Positions 1 through 15,547 of a DNA stretch of 64,000 nucleotides are shown in pieces (position 1 is the first letter of the stretch; every line of letters begins with the position of its first letter). Made by a program: the position numbers and the translations under genes. The notes under the pieces are model-generated. The model was given only the letters and a program-made list of their open reading frames with translations, was not told the origin of the DNA and searched no databases. The stretch covers positions 15,686,001 through 15,750,000 of the forward strand of contig CM120642.1 in assembly GCA_051362555.1 (NCBI GenBank), in the 5' to 3' direction. This DNA is from Lingula anatina. Taxonomy: Eukaryota; Animalia; Brachiopoda.

Positions 1-2006
1 GAGAACATGTGCTCAAATAATGCCTTCCAATTTCAATTACCACAAATAAGCTTTGCCCCACCGTTTGCTATGTACAAAGAAGGTTAAAATTGACATTTTG
101 GAAGAGTATTAGTTTACCCCCTACTTTGTGCAAGAAAGCGGATTATAGGAAGTCTGAACTTCCGGGGAACGGATTTTGAGATAATTCCTTTATTACATTT
201 TGCATCAACGTAATATGTTTTAGTGATCAACAACACTGATGAGTTGCCTGTGCCAGTTTTTGAATTTTTTGCTTCAAAAGAACGTTCTTTCAATCCCTGA
301 ACGCCATAAGCATCCTTACGTAATCTCGATTTTTATACAACCAGTGCAGTCTATATGCTGTACTGGTAAACATCTGTTCGACCTTTTCCATTACATCTCA
401 CGTAAACACGGAGTCGGGGGTTAAAGATATATTCTATCAGATGAATCGCTTTATCTTGATTAAAAAATTTGAATTGGAATCGAGCCATTGATCGAATTGA
501 GTGTTGCCAGCTAGGCCTAATGGATTTCGAAAAAAAAGAAAAGAAATAAAGTTGACATTTGCAGCGCCTATAATCATGTCTGTGTAGTAAGCGTATATCT
601 GTGGATTTTAACACTGATACCTCGGTTGACATATCCTGAAACAAAATCTAAATGTCATTTAATAATCTTAATCTGCGCATGCTAGGCGGATGAACGAAAG
701 CTATGCCAATTGCGCACTTCCTATGTCCGTTGAAAATGATATCGTGTTGTGAATGTGACGCCAATTAAAAAAAAAAACACGTGTATCTTTTTCACTTAAT
801 CGGGTTAGAATGTACATGTAAACAAAAAGCCGAAGTTAAAGATCGTTTTGAGAATATTTATTTTATATTTGTATTATGTAAAAAACAAACAGCCTGAGCG
901 CTCAATATTTGATACATGGAGACTTCCATGGATGGACTTTTAATCTATCACGGTCATAAGCACAGGTGACAAACAGGTTAAATCATTTCGGAGACGCTGT
1001 CAGCTTGTATCAACCAACATGGATGGAAACATCCATTACTTACATCAAAGTTTTGATTGATTGCCTGTTACATCATTTTTAAAAGGGCTTTAGCGGCTTT
1101 ATGTATTCCAATAAATGAAATGAAAGAATATCACATTAGGTATTTGTGTGGTGGCATTCAAAATTTACAACATAAGAATAATGGATAAATTGTACCCGTA
1201 ACACCATTACTGTTTTTGTGGCACCATCTTAATGACCTCCTGAATTGTTTTGAGCGCAACAACCCTTAAAACCAACCTGCATATAGAAGTTTTGAAACAC
1301 AAAAGCCAAAAACACATACATGTATATGAGCATAAAATAAACGCTCACCTCTTTTTATTTAACGGAATAAAGAATTCAGGAACGGTGTATTACATATCAA
1401 ATGCAAAAAGCCAAAGACCATGTTTGCTTGATTAAAATTAATTCAGTAAACACAAATTAATTGATTTTACCAATATGGCATTAATCAAATGCTATTTGCT
1501 TAAGATGTTGTGACACCAGACTTATGTTTAGAACTTCATATTTATGTTGATATATCTATTTTCAATATTTCATACATTGGCCCTAGACCGTAATCATATT
1601 CTGTTCCGAACATTGTAACATACATTTTGATCGCGTAGTTGCTCAAATATCCTACAGTATGTGTAGATTTAAACAATGGAAGCAATGTAGTGGTATGATA
1701 ATGGTACAAATGGACGCATTGACTGACACGATATTAATTTGTTTTGATACAATGCTTTCTTTTAATGTCCACTTGCGAGCCAGCATGTAGAATTTAGCAG
1801 AATAGACAACATTGACGTTGTGATCTTCTTTAAACAAATTTTCATTACTTAATTAAACTGAAGATGATACGTTCGCCACGATCTAAAGCTACACAGCCCT
1901 TTAATTAAAAAAAAACCCAATTTAGTCTTTGCCTTGGTAAGTAACAAAATTGCCTTTGGTTAAAGTTGTCTCACAATTTACATGGCATCTTTTCACCTGT
2001 ACGTAG

Positions 2007-5000
2007 GCGATGCACAGTGTGAACTCAGTTGTCAAGCAGTGGGAGCCGGTTTCATAGCTACGAGGGGCAAAGGTCAGTACCTTGACGGCACAGAGTGTTC
2101 TGGTGACGGCATCTCTTCCTTCTCGAGGTGCGTGGATGCCAAATGCATGGTAAGTGGAAAATGTGTGGCATACTAATTGTCTGAGAGAAAGGTTAGTTAT
2201 GATATTCGGGGCTTCTCGTGCAACTGCACTCTGGTATACGGATTCGGACACGCGATGATGCAATTCTTTTTCTGAAGTAAAAAATCGTCAGTTTGATACG
2301 CCACTTGATATTTTTAAAAACGTTTTTAATATTATGAGACAAATAAGGCCAGGTAACGCATTCTGACCGAGCATCATACAGTAACACATCATGGTCGAGT
2401 GGTGTAAGGAGCATTCAGCATCATGACACTACTCTGTTTGTCAGCATTTGGCACAAATTATACCGTGATTGCAACTGTGTGATCCTCTCTGTCATTAATG
2501 AGAAAAGCGTCAAACAAATAGGCGATGAAATATGCAGGGATTGCGTTGTAGGCTCTTCAAATAACCCTCTTATTATCTGGAGTAAATCTAAAAATGCAGT
2601 TTGTTTATAAGGGCGGTGTGTAAAACGCTAGCCGACGCAGAGGGGGGTGTTTATGCTGGCGGTAAAGATGTACATGTAGTGTGTGTTGGTGTGTGGATAT
2701 GATAGGTGAGAGTACATGTGCGTGTGTGCGCGCCCGCACGAGCGAGTGTGGGTAGGTGAAAATACTGCAAGGAATACAAATGATGCCATGAGAAAACTTT
2801 GAAGACATGCATTTGAAAAAGTAGACTAAAAATATAAGGTGTATTCACGCAATCTTTCATAAAACCTCGGATGATGCTATTTGATATTTTATTTATTTTT
2901 TTCTTTATGGGAAAAGTTTTGTGTCGCTTTTTAAGACAGTCTGATTAAGGAAGTAGTTTTTCTTGGACACTCAGAAGACGAAACAGGAAAACGTAATCAT
3001 TGACAACTTCTCGCAATGTTTTACGTAATCTTTGCCCACAAGGTAAAGAGATTGCGCAATTTTTTGGCAGCTTTGTCAGCGAGTGACGCCTTTTGGAAAG
3101 AAATCAGTGTGGTGTAACTACAGGTATGTCCCGAAAGTAAGAAAAATTTGTAAAATTATTAAGTTTTTCTAGAAGAGATACACAATGATAAAAATGATCA
3201 AGAAAGAAAGAAAAAAAGGAAGGAAGTGTTGATAGTTTCTGAGTATCTCAGAAAAAGATATAAAATCATATTCTTATGTACTTTTGATTCATTTATTATC
3301 AGACATATCTAGTGTAAAGACGGGATAGAACAAACACCGAAATAGTACATGTGCAACGTTATACTAAGAAAGTACGAATAACACCATGTATGCGCATTAC
3401 AGATGTCCCAGCCTCAGTTGACCCAAGCTGCGACATAATGCATTGGATTTCTAACATCACGCACAACAGCATGCACCATCTTTCCTATTTATTCTCAGCA
3501 GCAAAGGTCATTCAACTGCGGGGCAAATAGGCTGCAGTTGCCCAGATTTGCAGAATAATTCTTAATATCTTCTTAAGCGTCATCACGCCACATTATCGCC
3601 TGCCTTTGCGTTCTTTACCAAATCACGGGAAACAATTAGTTGATGGCCCCTGGCAAATCGTCGGCACTAAACTCTTATCGTTATACGTTGCAACACGTAA
3701 TAAGCTGTGTAACCATGCGGGGTTGCATACCGCGAGAAAGCGTTGACGTGAAACCGTTGTTCTGATACTGAGGCCGTTTGGACAGGAATAATTATTGTAT
3801 CTAAACAAGGGTTAATTACCCCTCAGTTGGCACTGAGATTCGTGGGAAGTATGTATTCAGTGAAGATTGTGAAAGTGCATGTGACTTTAATGCCGCCTTC
3901 TCATATGGTGCAGGTGAAGCACCAAGACTGAAAAAAAGATATACTCGGTAACATAAACTATTTTTTCGTCTCGTCTCGGAAATTAATAAGGGTCACGTTG
4001 GGCTTCTGCTATAAGTTCAAGTCTAACAATAGACGAGTGAAAATAATCATGAGACAAAATTGCGATGTTCCTGATAGTGACAATTAGTAGGAATCGATCC
4101 TCAGCACAGTGAGGTAAACGATGCACTCGCTGCATTGTATGAATCACATGTAGATATATGTACAAATGGTATCTGTAGACATATGCGTCTTATGCACGTC
4201 AAGAAAGGCGCAGTGGGACAGGATTTGAGGAAATTCACGCGTAAAAGACAGGTTCAAGGCGCGCTATCCTGAAACCGCACTGACGATCGACACAAACCTC
4301 ACAGAAGTAAAAAAATCGTTTATTCCCTCCTGTTGTGGGATTCCTTTAGCACTAAGTTTCAGCGATATGCACCAGTGGTAGTCAGTAGCTATGAACGGCA
4401 CGACGCAAAACTGTTCCAGAGTGGAGGAAATAACCGTCTACACATTTGTGATCCACGTATGCCTAATAGGAAGCCTATGTACTCTGGGACTTATTGGGAA
4501 CACTCTGTCCTTGATCGTTTTCTTTAGGTACAAAGCCAGGTCGGTCACTTTTTATTTACTGAGGCCGGTGGCCATTGCGGACAATGTTTTGTTGTTAATG
4601 ACGATCGCCATGATGGTTTTGCCTGCTGTATACCCGGCCCTGGGGGTCATGGAGTTGCCGAACAGGGAGGAGGCACGCATTACGACCTGGGCTTGGCCCC
4701 TGGGGATGACCGCTCAGACTGTGTCCATTTGGTCACTCATCCTGGTAGCGCTTGACAGGTACATGTCGGTGTGTAAACCCTTCAAAGCGGAGTCTTTCCG
4801 AAATTTAAAGGGGGCGAGGATTGGGATCAGTGTTGTTATTATCTTCTCTGTGCTTTACAATGCACCACGGTTACTGGAGATGCGTCCCGAAGAAATGATT
4901 GATGCTTGCACGAATACTACGAGGTATTATCTCGAAAACGTACTTTTAGCTTTTCCAGCTTATCGTATCGGATACTTCATAGTTTCTTACACCGTTATCA

Positions 5001-6455
5001 ACATTATTATCCCCCTGTTTGTATTGTCCTATATGAATGTCCATCTTATTCGGGAACTACGCAAAAGTCGAAAAGCTCGATGTCGCCTTAGATTTATGTC
5101 TCCAAGTCTACAAAAGGAGGACGATTTGATGACCAAGCTGTCCATTCTAATCGTGATCGTTTTTATTGCGTGTCAGGCACCTTCGTTGTTGACTCAGATA
5201 CTGAATGTATCGGAAGATTATCTAGATGACCAAACACTACTTTTTCGACAGTACTATGTGCCCTTCTCAAACGCTCTGGTTGTACTGAACTCTTCGTTGA
5301 ACTTTGTAATATATTGTGTTTTTTGCAGCGGATTTCGTCGGGCTCTCATAGGTATGTTTCTTCATAAATCTCTTGAGCAGTCAAACTGCGACTCCAACAA
5401 ATATTCTTCAGTTGTCGAAGAAACTAACGTATAGATTTTACAAACATTTGAAATGACATTTCAGTGGACGGCACTGATTTATGTGTTACGATGCATATTG
5501 TGCATATTTATTTTATTTTTAGTTTTTGTCTAACTAAATAGACTCATTTGTGGCTTCTGATTTGTATTTTGCATAAACTTATACAAAAATCGATGGTTAT
5601 TGTTGTGGAAAGATATTCAAGTTGGTCAGTATTGTCAAAATTGTATAGAAATATTGTAGTCACGTCAAAAATAGCAAGTTGGAGATTTAATTTTCATGTA
5701 TCGTGAAATGTTATTGTGTAACTTTTAAGTTAAAACACAGGTTGCTTATCATCGGCTTTAAATATTGAAATATAGTATATGGTTCGCTAGTTGTAAATTA
5801 CACTGAATGAACGAAAACCGTGAAAATATGAAATCAGAACGATTAAATATAAGGCGCCATAGTTTACATAGACCGTTACCGTGGATAGTTGGTATTCTGT
5901 CACATATACTTTGGACTGGAATAAAGTTGTCATGGGATTTTCATTCTCTTTGGACTGAAATGATTACAAGAGAGTTTGGTCTTAGTTTAAAAATACTAAG
6001 ATAAGGTATCATGAATCTTGCCCAGGACAATTACAACGCACCTACGCGAAGAATGCCCGAATGCATTCTTTTCACACTTTTCGTGGAAAATACACTTTGT
6101 GTTTAAGGGAAGTAATTTTCTTAATTAGAAAGGATGTGATTTGGTCCCGAGACAGAAATACAGGCTAGATGTATATTTGAGGCAAACATACCCCACGAGA
6201 AATTACTTGAAGCTTCTGTGACAAAGAATACAGTGTGAATTACCATTATATTCATTTGCTATAAATAGATGAGATGACCATTGCAGCATATGGTATGTTG
6301 GGTTCATGCTACCGACATACACGACACGAGCAAAGAGGTGAGGAACAGCCTTGTAACAGCCCTTTTTAGTACTTATTTAGAATTTCAATATGTCAGATAA
6401 AACAGCCCTGAAATTAGTATTTGCTGAAGCGATATTTTGCAATGTTAGGATGTTG

Positions 6456-6520
<65 letters not shown>

Positions 6521-6786
6521 AAAGGTTGTTGGTAAGTAGGAAACGGGATTTCTAAACTAATTTACTAATCTACGGTAATTCAATATGTGTCTATCTTGTG
6601 ATCAACAATGTACTCAAATTTGGACGAGACCCAGCAGAAACTAATGTAACTAAGATATGATCACTAGAGATGCACTTATAACAAAACGGTAATGTGTTTC
6701 ATTTTGTCCACGTGGAATCCAGGGATCAGTCGTATACTTCATTTTGATAAAATGTAGAAACAGTCTTTCTCTCTCTTTCTATCTCT

Positions 6787-6827
<41 letters not shown>

Positions 6828-9800
6828 GGACCTTCAAGCAAGAAATATAACTTAATTTTGTCAATGCAGCGTCTGGCTTTAATATTGAGAAGTGCAATGC
6901 TAATAGTGATGACGTTCTGTATGGTTGCATGGACTCCACAACCGATGTATTTTACCGTCTGAAAGACAGCTTTTCTTGTTTTGCTGTTTTTATTTCATGT
7001 AATTATGTGGAGATACTTGCGGATACATTCGTTCTTTTTTTTAGATTAATCCTCTCGGATAATTACCAAAAGATACTTGTATATGAGGTGTAATTCATGA
7101 TTAAGTTTATAATGTTTATTAAACTCTTACTGACTGTAATAAGAGATAGAACTGTGTCAACATACCGGTCTACACATCGGTATTATGACAAAACTAGATA
7201 CATTACAAGCTGGCGGTGCACACTATTTTCTAATAAAAAGCTAGATAAGTTTTGTTTTGGTATAACCGTGTATAGGCTTGTGCAACATGAATTACACAAA
7301 TAAATAAATAAATAAATAAATAAATGAAGTGAATTTGCAAAGACACTGAGGTAAGTGGTTTAGATAAACAAGGATAACACTAGAGTTAGCACAGGTGCAC
7401 AGCGTCAAATATACAAGAGGAGCTGCCGCGGTGTTATGCATTGAATCTACGTTGTACAAATATGACGTCTTTATTACACTCTTACAAGTGTTTTGTTTTT
7501 TCAAATTCATTTTTATTTGGCTCCTTCCAGTCAAGCGTGCACATATTGATATCTTCACATTTATTGACTTCAGTTTTATCGATGTGGGGACTGGGAAACA
7601 TCCTTAAGAAAAAAAATCTATCGAGCATGTAGCTAATGCCTTTCTTAGGTGAAAGCAGGCTTGCGCAAAGTGTCCAAAATAAACGAGCACTTGGAAATAC
7701 TTCCGTCTGATTTGATGGAGAAGACCTGTCAGGCGAAACCCTTCAGTAACCGATTGATTTCAACAAGAGGAAATTGTGATCTGCTATTCCACTGCGGTCT
7801 CTCTCGTCTGATAAGGTGATACCGGTAGCATTGCAGCGCGTGAAGTTCAAAATAAAAAATCGCAAAAAAAATGCCATCTATGCATTTTGCGTAGGCCTAC
7901 ACTACCCGTTGGGAAGACAGAATTGTTTCTAAAAGGGTAGAATACTTAATTTTTGACATTGCAAAATTGAACATGTTGGTAGGAAATGTTAATGGAACCG
8001 TCTGCTTTACCTGGTTGCCCTCAGCGTCTTTTAGGCACTTAAGCCCCCACACGCACTCATCATACACGCACATGTAAATCCACATGTATATTTGTTATGT
8101 CGATAGCAATATCTTTGGCTGCTTAGAGGCACGCAAGTTAAGCACAATTTTTATCTGGGAACAATGTGTAGCTGATTGTATTTCATGGAGATTAATAAAC
8201 CACTTGTAATTTCGTTGTTCAACGAAAAAGATAGAAAGCATAAGTGCTCTTTGGCGTCTTCAGTTTCATGTCATTTATCCCTTTAGATCCATTCGTCTAC
8301 GTATTCTATGAGCGATGTGTCTCGAGACGAAGCATAACAGGCGTTCCTCTGGTAGGCCTAAACAGACCAGAGCTTTCCTTCTTCTTGTAATATTGTTGAA
8401 TTGTTCCCATTCGCTGATCTTTTGGTGTATTGACTTAAACGTATTTATTTTATGGTTATTGGAAACATTCCAAATAGCTATTCAGGGACCATTCCCACAG
8501 ATATTTGAATCGATCTATTACCACGGGGAGCATCAATAAATTGCTATCTGCTATCGGCGAGGCCGAGCGTGCAAGAAAGTTAATTACCCCCTAGCTGATT
8601 CAGTAGGTGTGATAGACATTTAAGCTTCTTAAGATAAAAGCAATTTAGCGTGCACCCCCTGGGAGTTAGGTCGATCCAGATGGATCGATCTAGGCATAGG
8701 AACCCAGTCTTAGAGTGCTTTTACAAATGATTTTTTTTTTGTTACTGTAACCGCTTTTTGCTTTCAGCATTTTTTATTATTTTTTACAGAGCCTTTTATA
8801 AAATGTATATTCGTCATCAATACAGTTATTTAGACCAACAACTGGCCTAGGAAAAAAGTCACATAAAATTAATAAATATGCTGAAACAAATTGCCCTATA
8901 GTTACAAGTCTTTTGTACATTAAAGTGAAATCAGTGATGGCTTCTGTGAGAAAATTCCATAATACACCACCCCTCACTCTCTTCTATAGGAATTTTGAAA
9001 AATACAATTTCTCTCCCATTTATTTGTGCCACACACAAGTATTACACATATAACCCCTTTTTACACCACAGGACGCATTTCATCAGAAAAAATCACTGAT
9101 GTAATATATATGTTGAAATAAGTTGCTCTGATTCATTAGACTGCATACAACAGGTATATCAGCCCCCCCCCCCCACACACACACATAACTCATTAAAAAT
9201 ACTAAGTAACGATGCCTCAAACCAAATAATATTTTTTCACGCAACAAATATATGCATAAACTTTATAATAGCAAATTATTTTTTTTAAAAATTGACGATG
9301 GGCAATTTGCCGATGGTTACCTGCATTCATCCTTTGGTAATAAAATATCATGTATTATAACGGGTATAAGCCATGCATCGAATATTTACAGCACCGCAAA
9401 TGTTTTAGATTAATAAGTATAAAAAATAAAGCGTGCGCCGACCCTGACCTCCAAGGAGAGATACATGTTGCGAAGTTGGAGCAGCCTCACGCAAATTAAA
9501 CTAATCAACACACCTGTGACGACATGCAACAAAACGTTTCAAGTATATGTTCTAATGTCTCTGGATTATTGATTTTGGCACAAAATTACTGTTAACGTAT
9601 TATTTCTAACGCATCTTTCTCTGGTACTAATATGGTTTTGACCGGTATTGATTTTGGCATGCAATGATACTTTCTGTATCTACATATATTTACTAGGTAC
9701 ATACAATGGTCTTCAAAGCAATTTTATTCTAATTGTGGAATAAGTCATTTCAGTTTAAGTAAGTTCGCAATCTACATTTCGTGACGGATAGAATACGAAA

Positions 9801-12800
9801 AACTCGAAGTAAACAGGAAATGCAGAATTGTTGTCGAGGGCCAATCGTAAACCAAGCCAAGGTTGTTTTTAAAGTGTCATCGGACGTTTCTTTTGTATTG
9901 ATTAGCGAAACCTTTGATCTAAACGCTGATATCCCAGTGAAGTTGCAGGTTTTAGACGAGGTTCGAGTAACATAAACTTTACAGATAAATAAAATGAAAA
10001 ACATGTTTTTTTTTGTAAAATCGATAATTGACGATAAACAATCATCGTTGCCGTGCAGATATGCCAGTATATTTCAGTTTGAGCAAAAGCGGGTTGATGT
10101 AGGAGAGATGGTCAAGTGGTGATCCATTGGAAATGTTTCCCTGCTTAAATGTCAAAGATTTTTAGATATTGAGTGGCAAATATGAATTTAAAATGTAAAT
10201 TTTAAAACCAGTGCTTCCTTGACTGTCCACGGGTAATTGGATAAACTGTGCTGATCTCTAATTAGCTGTGATATATAAGGGCTCATATCCAATGAAATTA
10301 TCGTTCTACGTCAATTGTTCTAACTCCGCGGGGACTCCTGCTGAATGCAGTCAGATTAACAGATTAACACGCCTCCTCTTGTTTACAACGTACTCGTATG
10401 ATCACCAGCTTTTCTATATTCTACTCAATGCCAGGAGAAGGCACGTCAAGCTGATTGCATTCATGGAAAGTTCCGGTGGAGTTGGATCGATCTACTTGAA
10501 ACGATAGTTTCATTGGGAATGAGACCTAAGACTGCATTCCCAGAGATTTAGATCGATCCATATGGATCAACCTAACTCCCTGGGGATTCACGCTAAATTG
10601 CTGTCAGCCGAGCGGGTACGAAAGTTAATTACCCCTTTACCCCTTTAGTAGGCGGGACAGACATTTAAGCCGGTTAAGCTGACATCAATCTAGTGAGACT
10701 CCCCAGGGGGATAGATCGATCTAAATATCTATGGGAATGGGGTCTTAGGGCGTATTCCCATAGATTTTAGATCGATCTATCCCCGTGGGGAGTCTCACTA
10801 GATTACTGTCAGATTATCCGGCTTAAATGTCCGTCCCGCCTACTACAAGCTGTAAGGGGATAATTAACTTTCGTGCCCGCTCGGCTGACAGCTATTTAGC
10901 GTGAACCCCCAGGGAGTTAGGTCGATCTAGTTTGGTTCGATCTAATCTCTGGGAATGGGGTCTTAGTGTCATAATGTAAGATCAACAGTGAAAAAAATAC
11001 CGACGTGCAACCAGCGTGTACAGCTTGTCACTTTGCAAATAGTGACAATGCATAAAATAGAAATGACTCAACATGTTTTATGCCTTTGTAGTTTTAACTA
11101 GGCATACCTTGATTGAAGGTGGGTGCTCTTACCAGGTACATCTCAGGGGCGGATCCAGGATTATTTGAAGGGGGTGGGGGGTGGGTTCCGCTGAAGAGCC
11201 CCGAAAACTTTTGGTATTTTAGAGGGCGAACGGTGCCATTTGGTACGGTTTAGAAATTCAAAATTCTAATTTCAAGAAGGAACCAGAAATCGAAGGGGGG
11301 TGGGGGTGGGGTGGGGGGGTGGGGGGGGGGGTCAGGACCCCTCTGACCCCCCCTCTAAATCCGCCACTGCAACTGAAGTGTTCAATATAAAGCATTACAT
11401 GTATAAGGTTACTTCCTTGTATCCATTGACAAGGCGTCATCGTTATGCTGTCAGTTCTCTATTTATTGTGTTCCTAATAAAGTGATTTCTGGCTGAGACC
11501 GTTTTATATGATCGAATCGATAGACTAAATTTTGACGAAAAGTCAATGCAATGCTCAGGAGATACGGCAAATTGATTTCCATTTAAAGATACTTTTGGTT
11601 TATTGAAAACAGATTCTCTTTATGATATCTCTTTATTGCCACTACTGGTACATGTACATTACAGGCAATGTGGATTTCTACATTTGCTGATGGCGTTTTC
11701 AAGGAAATCTATATCCTTTCCACTTCGACACGAACGTTTGAATTAATAATGCCTGAAATGGAGATAGCTTCACAAGATATTTATTCGTTAATCGTCAATG
11801 CGTGATGGGGTTTCTTTTCTTTCATTATTCGTATTACAGAAGTATTGTCGCCTGACATGAAAGGCAGGAATCAGAGGAATAACATAAGTGGGAAAACTTT
11901 CAATTAAATCCCATGCATAAAGAAGACAGAACCCGCTACGCGGAGATTTTCCTGCACACCTACATGTAGATGTATAGTCCATTTATATACTTGTTATATT
12001 GTATTTCATTTTTCAGTTAGTGTTATACGTTAACTTCTTTATGCTAAACCATCTTCTGAATATTTTTTGGATCTATTGAGGTAATTCTTGTTGTGCTGAA
12101 TACATGAATATATTTAACCATTTTATTTAGCTTTTGATAATAAATGCTTTCAACTGCCAGTCGGCTTCTGTTTCTTCTCTCTTTTTTCAACCCAATGAAG
12201 CTCTCGCTTATCAGGAAATTCCGAGTCATATGTACAGAACCGTAAACGGAACTTGGTAAAGTACGTAATCTCTGCTATGCGAATACTGTACAAGAGACAA
12301 CTGCTGTGGGTTTTATTGGCCATTTTCTGTTCAAATAACCTGAATTTACTCCCCAGGGGCCACTTACAAAGCTCTTAAGTGATGCAATTGCTTAAAGTAT
12401 ACCAGAAGTGGAAAGTGTGGTAGCAAAGGTGATAGCAAAGCAGACTATTAACTATTATATTTCTCATTATCGAAAATCTTCATAGAAATCTTCATAGAAA
12501 ATCTTCATAGAAATATATGTAGGTATCATGATTTACGGGTACATGTAAATGAAGTAGTGGTTGGGTGTTAAGAAAAATATATTTTCTCAGGCAAAATTTT
12601 TATATAGGATTTAACTGTCTCTTAGCTCAGAAAAAAAACACCTTAAAGGCAATGGTAGGCGATGATAATATATCAATTTCCACGATGCTTTTGAAGAGAC
12701 AGCTGAACAAGATGTGATTAACTTAAAAGTCTTGTTTTTTTTTTCGTTATCATCTTGAAATCAATACCACGCAACGTAGACTATGGGCCTGGGTGCTCAT

Positions 12801-15512
12801 CATGATCCTGAGGCACAGAAAGCATTGTTAAAGCTTTGTTGAACTGAGATATCAAAGAGTGCTTTAATAAGCAACCTTGAATGCCATACGACCCGGTGCG
12901 ACTTCTTTAGATACGTAACTGCTGGGAAGCAAACATCGATGAAAATGGAAAATATCACTAGTTCTTGGAAACTGGGGGCGTCGTGGATAACGTGCCATGG
13001 AAGAAACTATTTTACTATTTGTTATTACTAAAGCATTTTGAATTATATGTTTGTTTGTATTTCTTTGATTCATTATTAAAGTTTTTGCAACGCAAAGTGT
13101 TGTTCATGTATACTGCGTGAAAGGACTTACCATTTAACGGTCTACATTGGTTTCTTTGGACGACATGATAAATACAACAACAAATTCACTTGGCACGAGT
13201 CTGAAGAGAAGAGGGCTGTAGTAGGAATTTGAACGCTTATAAATTTTGCAAAAAAAGCCAACATCCCTTTACTAAAACCCGGAAAGATATAAACCTTATA
13301 CAATTGCCTGTTGTCAACTTGTATATACAGCAAAAACAGTTGAGCATTTAACTGTGTCGGTGGGTAAGTTAAATATCAAAAAGTATGCTTAGTCAAGCAT
13401 CTTATGGGGTATAAATATGGTGTGTAATGTTGAATTGCCTTCATAAACAGCATGTTTATTTTTACAGCCCTTCGGCTGCGACGGCCAGTTAAACTCCGGC
13501 AAAGTTTACGACAGGTGTGGAGTATGTGACGGCGCCGGGGACACCTGTCAAGTTAGGTCAGGGACCTACACGGAGGGACGAGAGAAAGGTATCACCGTAA
13601 TGTTAGCAGGGTCTTGGTGCTTTTTTGTACTAAAAGATAAGAGTAGAATGTAGAATGTAGGTGTACTCCGCCCACAGGTGATTCCTGTCGGTATTTAGGT
13701 TATTTCAAGGGATAGCATCTCTTCTTATGAGGTTCAAAATTCCACAATAAATTCATTGTAAACAACACTAAGAAATGGAATAAATTCCGTTTTACCACAA
13801 TCGCAATTATTCTGAAATGTGTGCTTTCCATCGGACCACCTGGGTCTTCACAAATGTTTGCCCTCTGTTATAATATCTTAAACAACAGAGATTTTAACGG
13901 AGGGTAAGCATATCTTAAGAGATTAATACAAAAACCACATTAAAAAAAGTCAATCGACTAACTTTGAATGACAGAACTGATTCAATAACCAATTGGAAGC
14001 ATGGGGAAACTGTCGTTAATCCCAGAAAATCTGTTTTATGGTACTTTTATTATCATCCTTTTAAAAGACATTGCGTCTATCAAGATTCAATAGGTTAAAA
14101 AGTAGTTTGGTTCTTTGGCGTGAACAGCGATACCAACGACTTCTCTCCGCCCTCCCTCTCTCTCTCTTTCTCAAATAAAAATATTTTCTGTTTCAGAATA
14201 TGTTCCATTTGTTACCATTCCAACTGGAGCAACAGGCATTGACGTCACCAATAGCAATTATTACAGCCACATGAGTAAGTGATAATTACGATTTGATGAG
14301 GGAGATACGCATAATGTATGTTTTATTAAGTAGCCTTTGTTTGATAGCTGACTGAAACAAATCTTCGATTAAGAACGCATTGTTTCTTTTCTTCTGAAAT
14401 TCTCTCCTGCACCTGGTTTCTTGGCCCTGGAGAATAGATCGCATGCAGACCCATATTGTACATTATTTGGTATTGCTTTGATGATTATTTAGTTACTTAG
14501 AGGTAAACGAGCCCGAGGGTCTTTTTCTCAGTCAAGCAAATGTTAAGGTTTAACACAGAGCGATTAGTTCTTTACAAATACAAAACTCCAACCAATTGCG
14601 TTGATTAAAAATCTTGCCTAGGATGGGAGCGAACCCATAAAATGGATTACTCTAGAGTAAAGAAGGACATAAGGGAAGTGCACGTAGCGTCTCTTTGTCT
14701 TCACTAGCGCCAGACACATAATTTTGAACTTACTTCTCTCAATACGTTTTCCTGATCCAATTAACTCGCAACATTAATCCATCAGCTGGCTCTACTTTGG
14801 TGTTAAAGTGTTTGAATTGAGAACAAATCAACGCAACAACATTATTGCACTTTAACTAGTTCAGGAGGACACAATTAAATTAACGTGGCATTGAAACAGT
14901 TTCTTAATAATTGCGGGCGCTTTACATCGATCTGCGACATGTTTTGTTTGAATTCCGCAGCTGTTTGTTTTATTAGAATCCTTTAGTCAATATACTAGCG
15001 TGTTGAGTTGACACTTCATTGTTTTTATAAAGTTAATTGCATTTATCTGTTTGCATGTGTCTACGTTCTATAAAAAGCGGAGTTATGATTAAGGTGTCTG
15101 GCTAATTAAATTTAATTACTAGAAATAAAAGTCTGAAGGGAATGGGGTTGTAGTAGGAAGTGCTTCTTTCTTATTCTTAAATAATATGTTTAGCTACCAA
15201 TCTTCCAAAAGATCCAAGTTTGAATAAGTGCTCAACTTGAAAGAACAGACCTAAAATTGTACTCAGATTAGGTAACGCATGTATACTATCACGAAATATG
15301 TTCACAAATAACTCTGGCCTTATTCGACTACCGTTTTCATGTCAGGTAATAATTCATTTTGTCACCGAATGATCATTTTAAAACTGTCCAAAAAGCCTGA
15401 GTGTGTGAAACTTACCAGGCAAATTGGCAGGTGCGCAGGTATATGCTGGGGTCTAAACGGGAACAAATTGAATGTCCGACATGAATCAAAAGAAATACAG
15501 CATATGTTAGAC

Positions 15513-15547
<35 letters not shown>

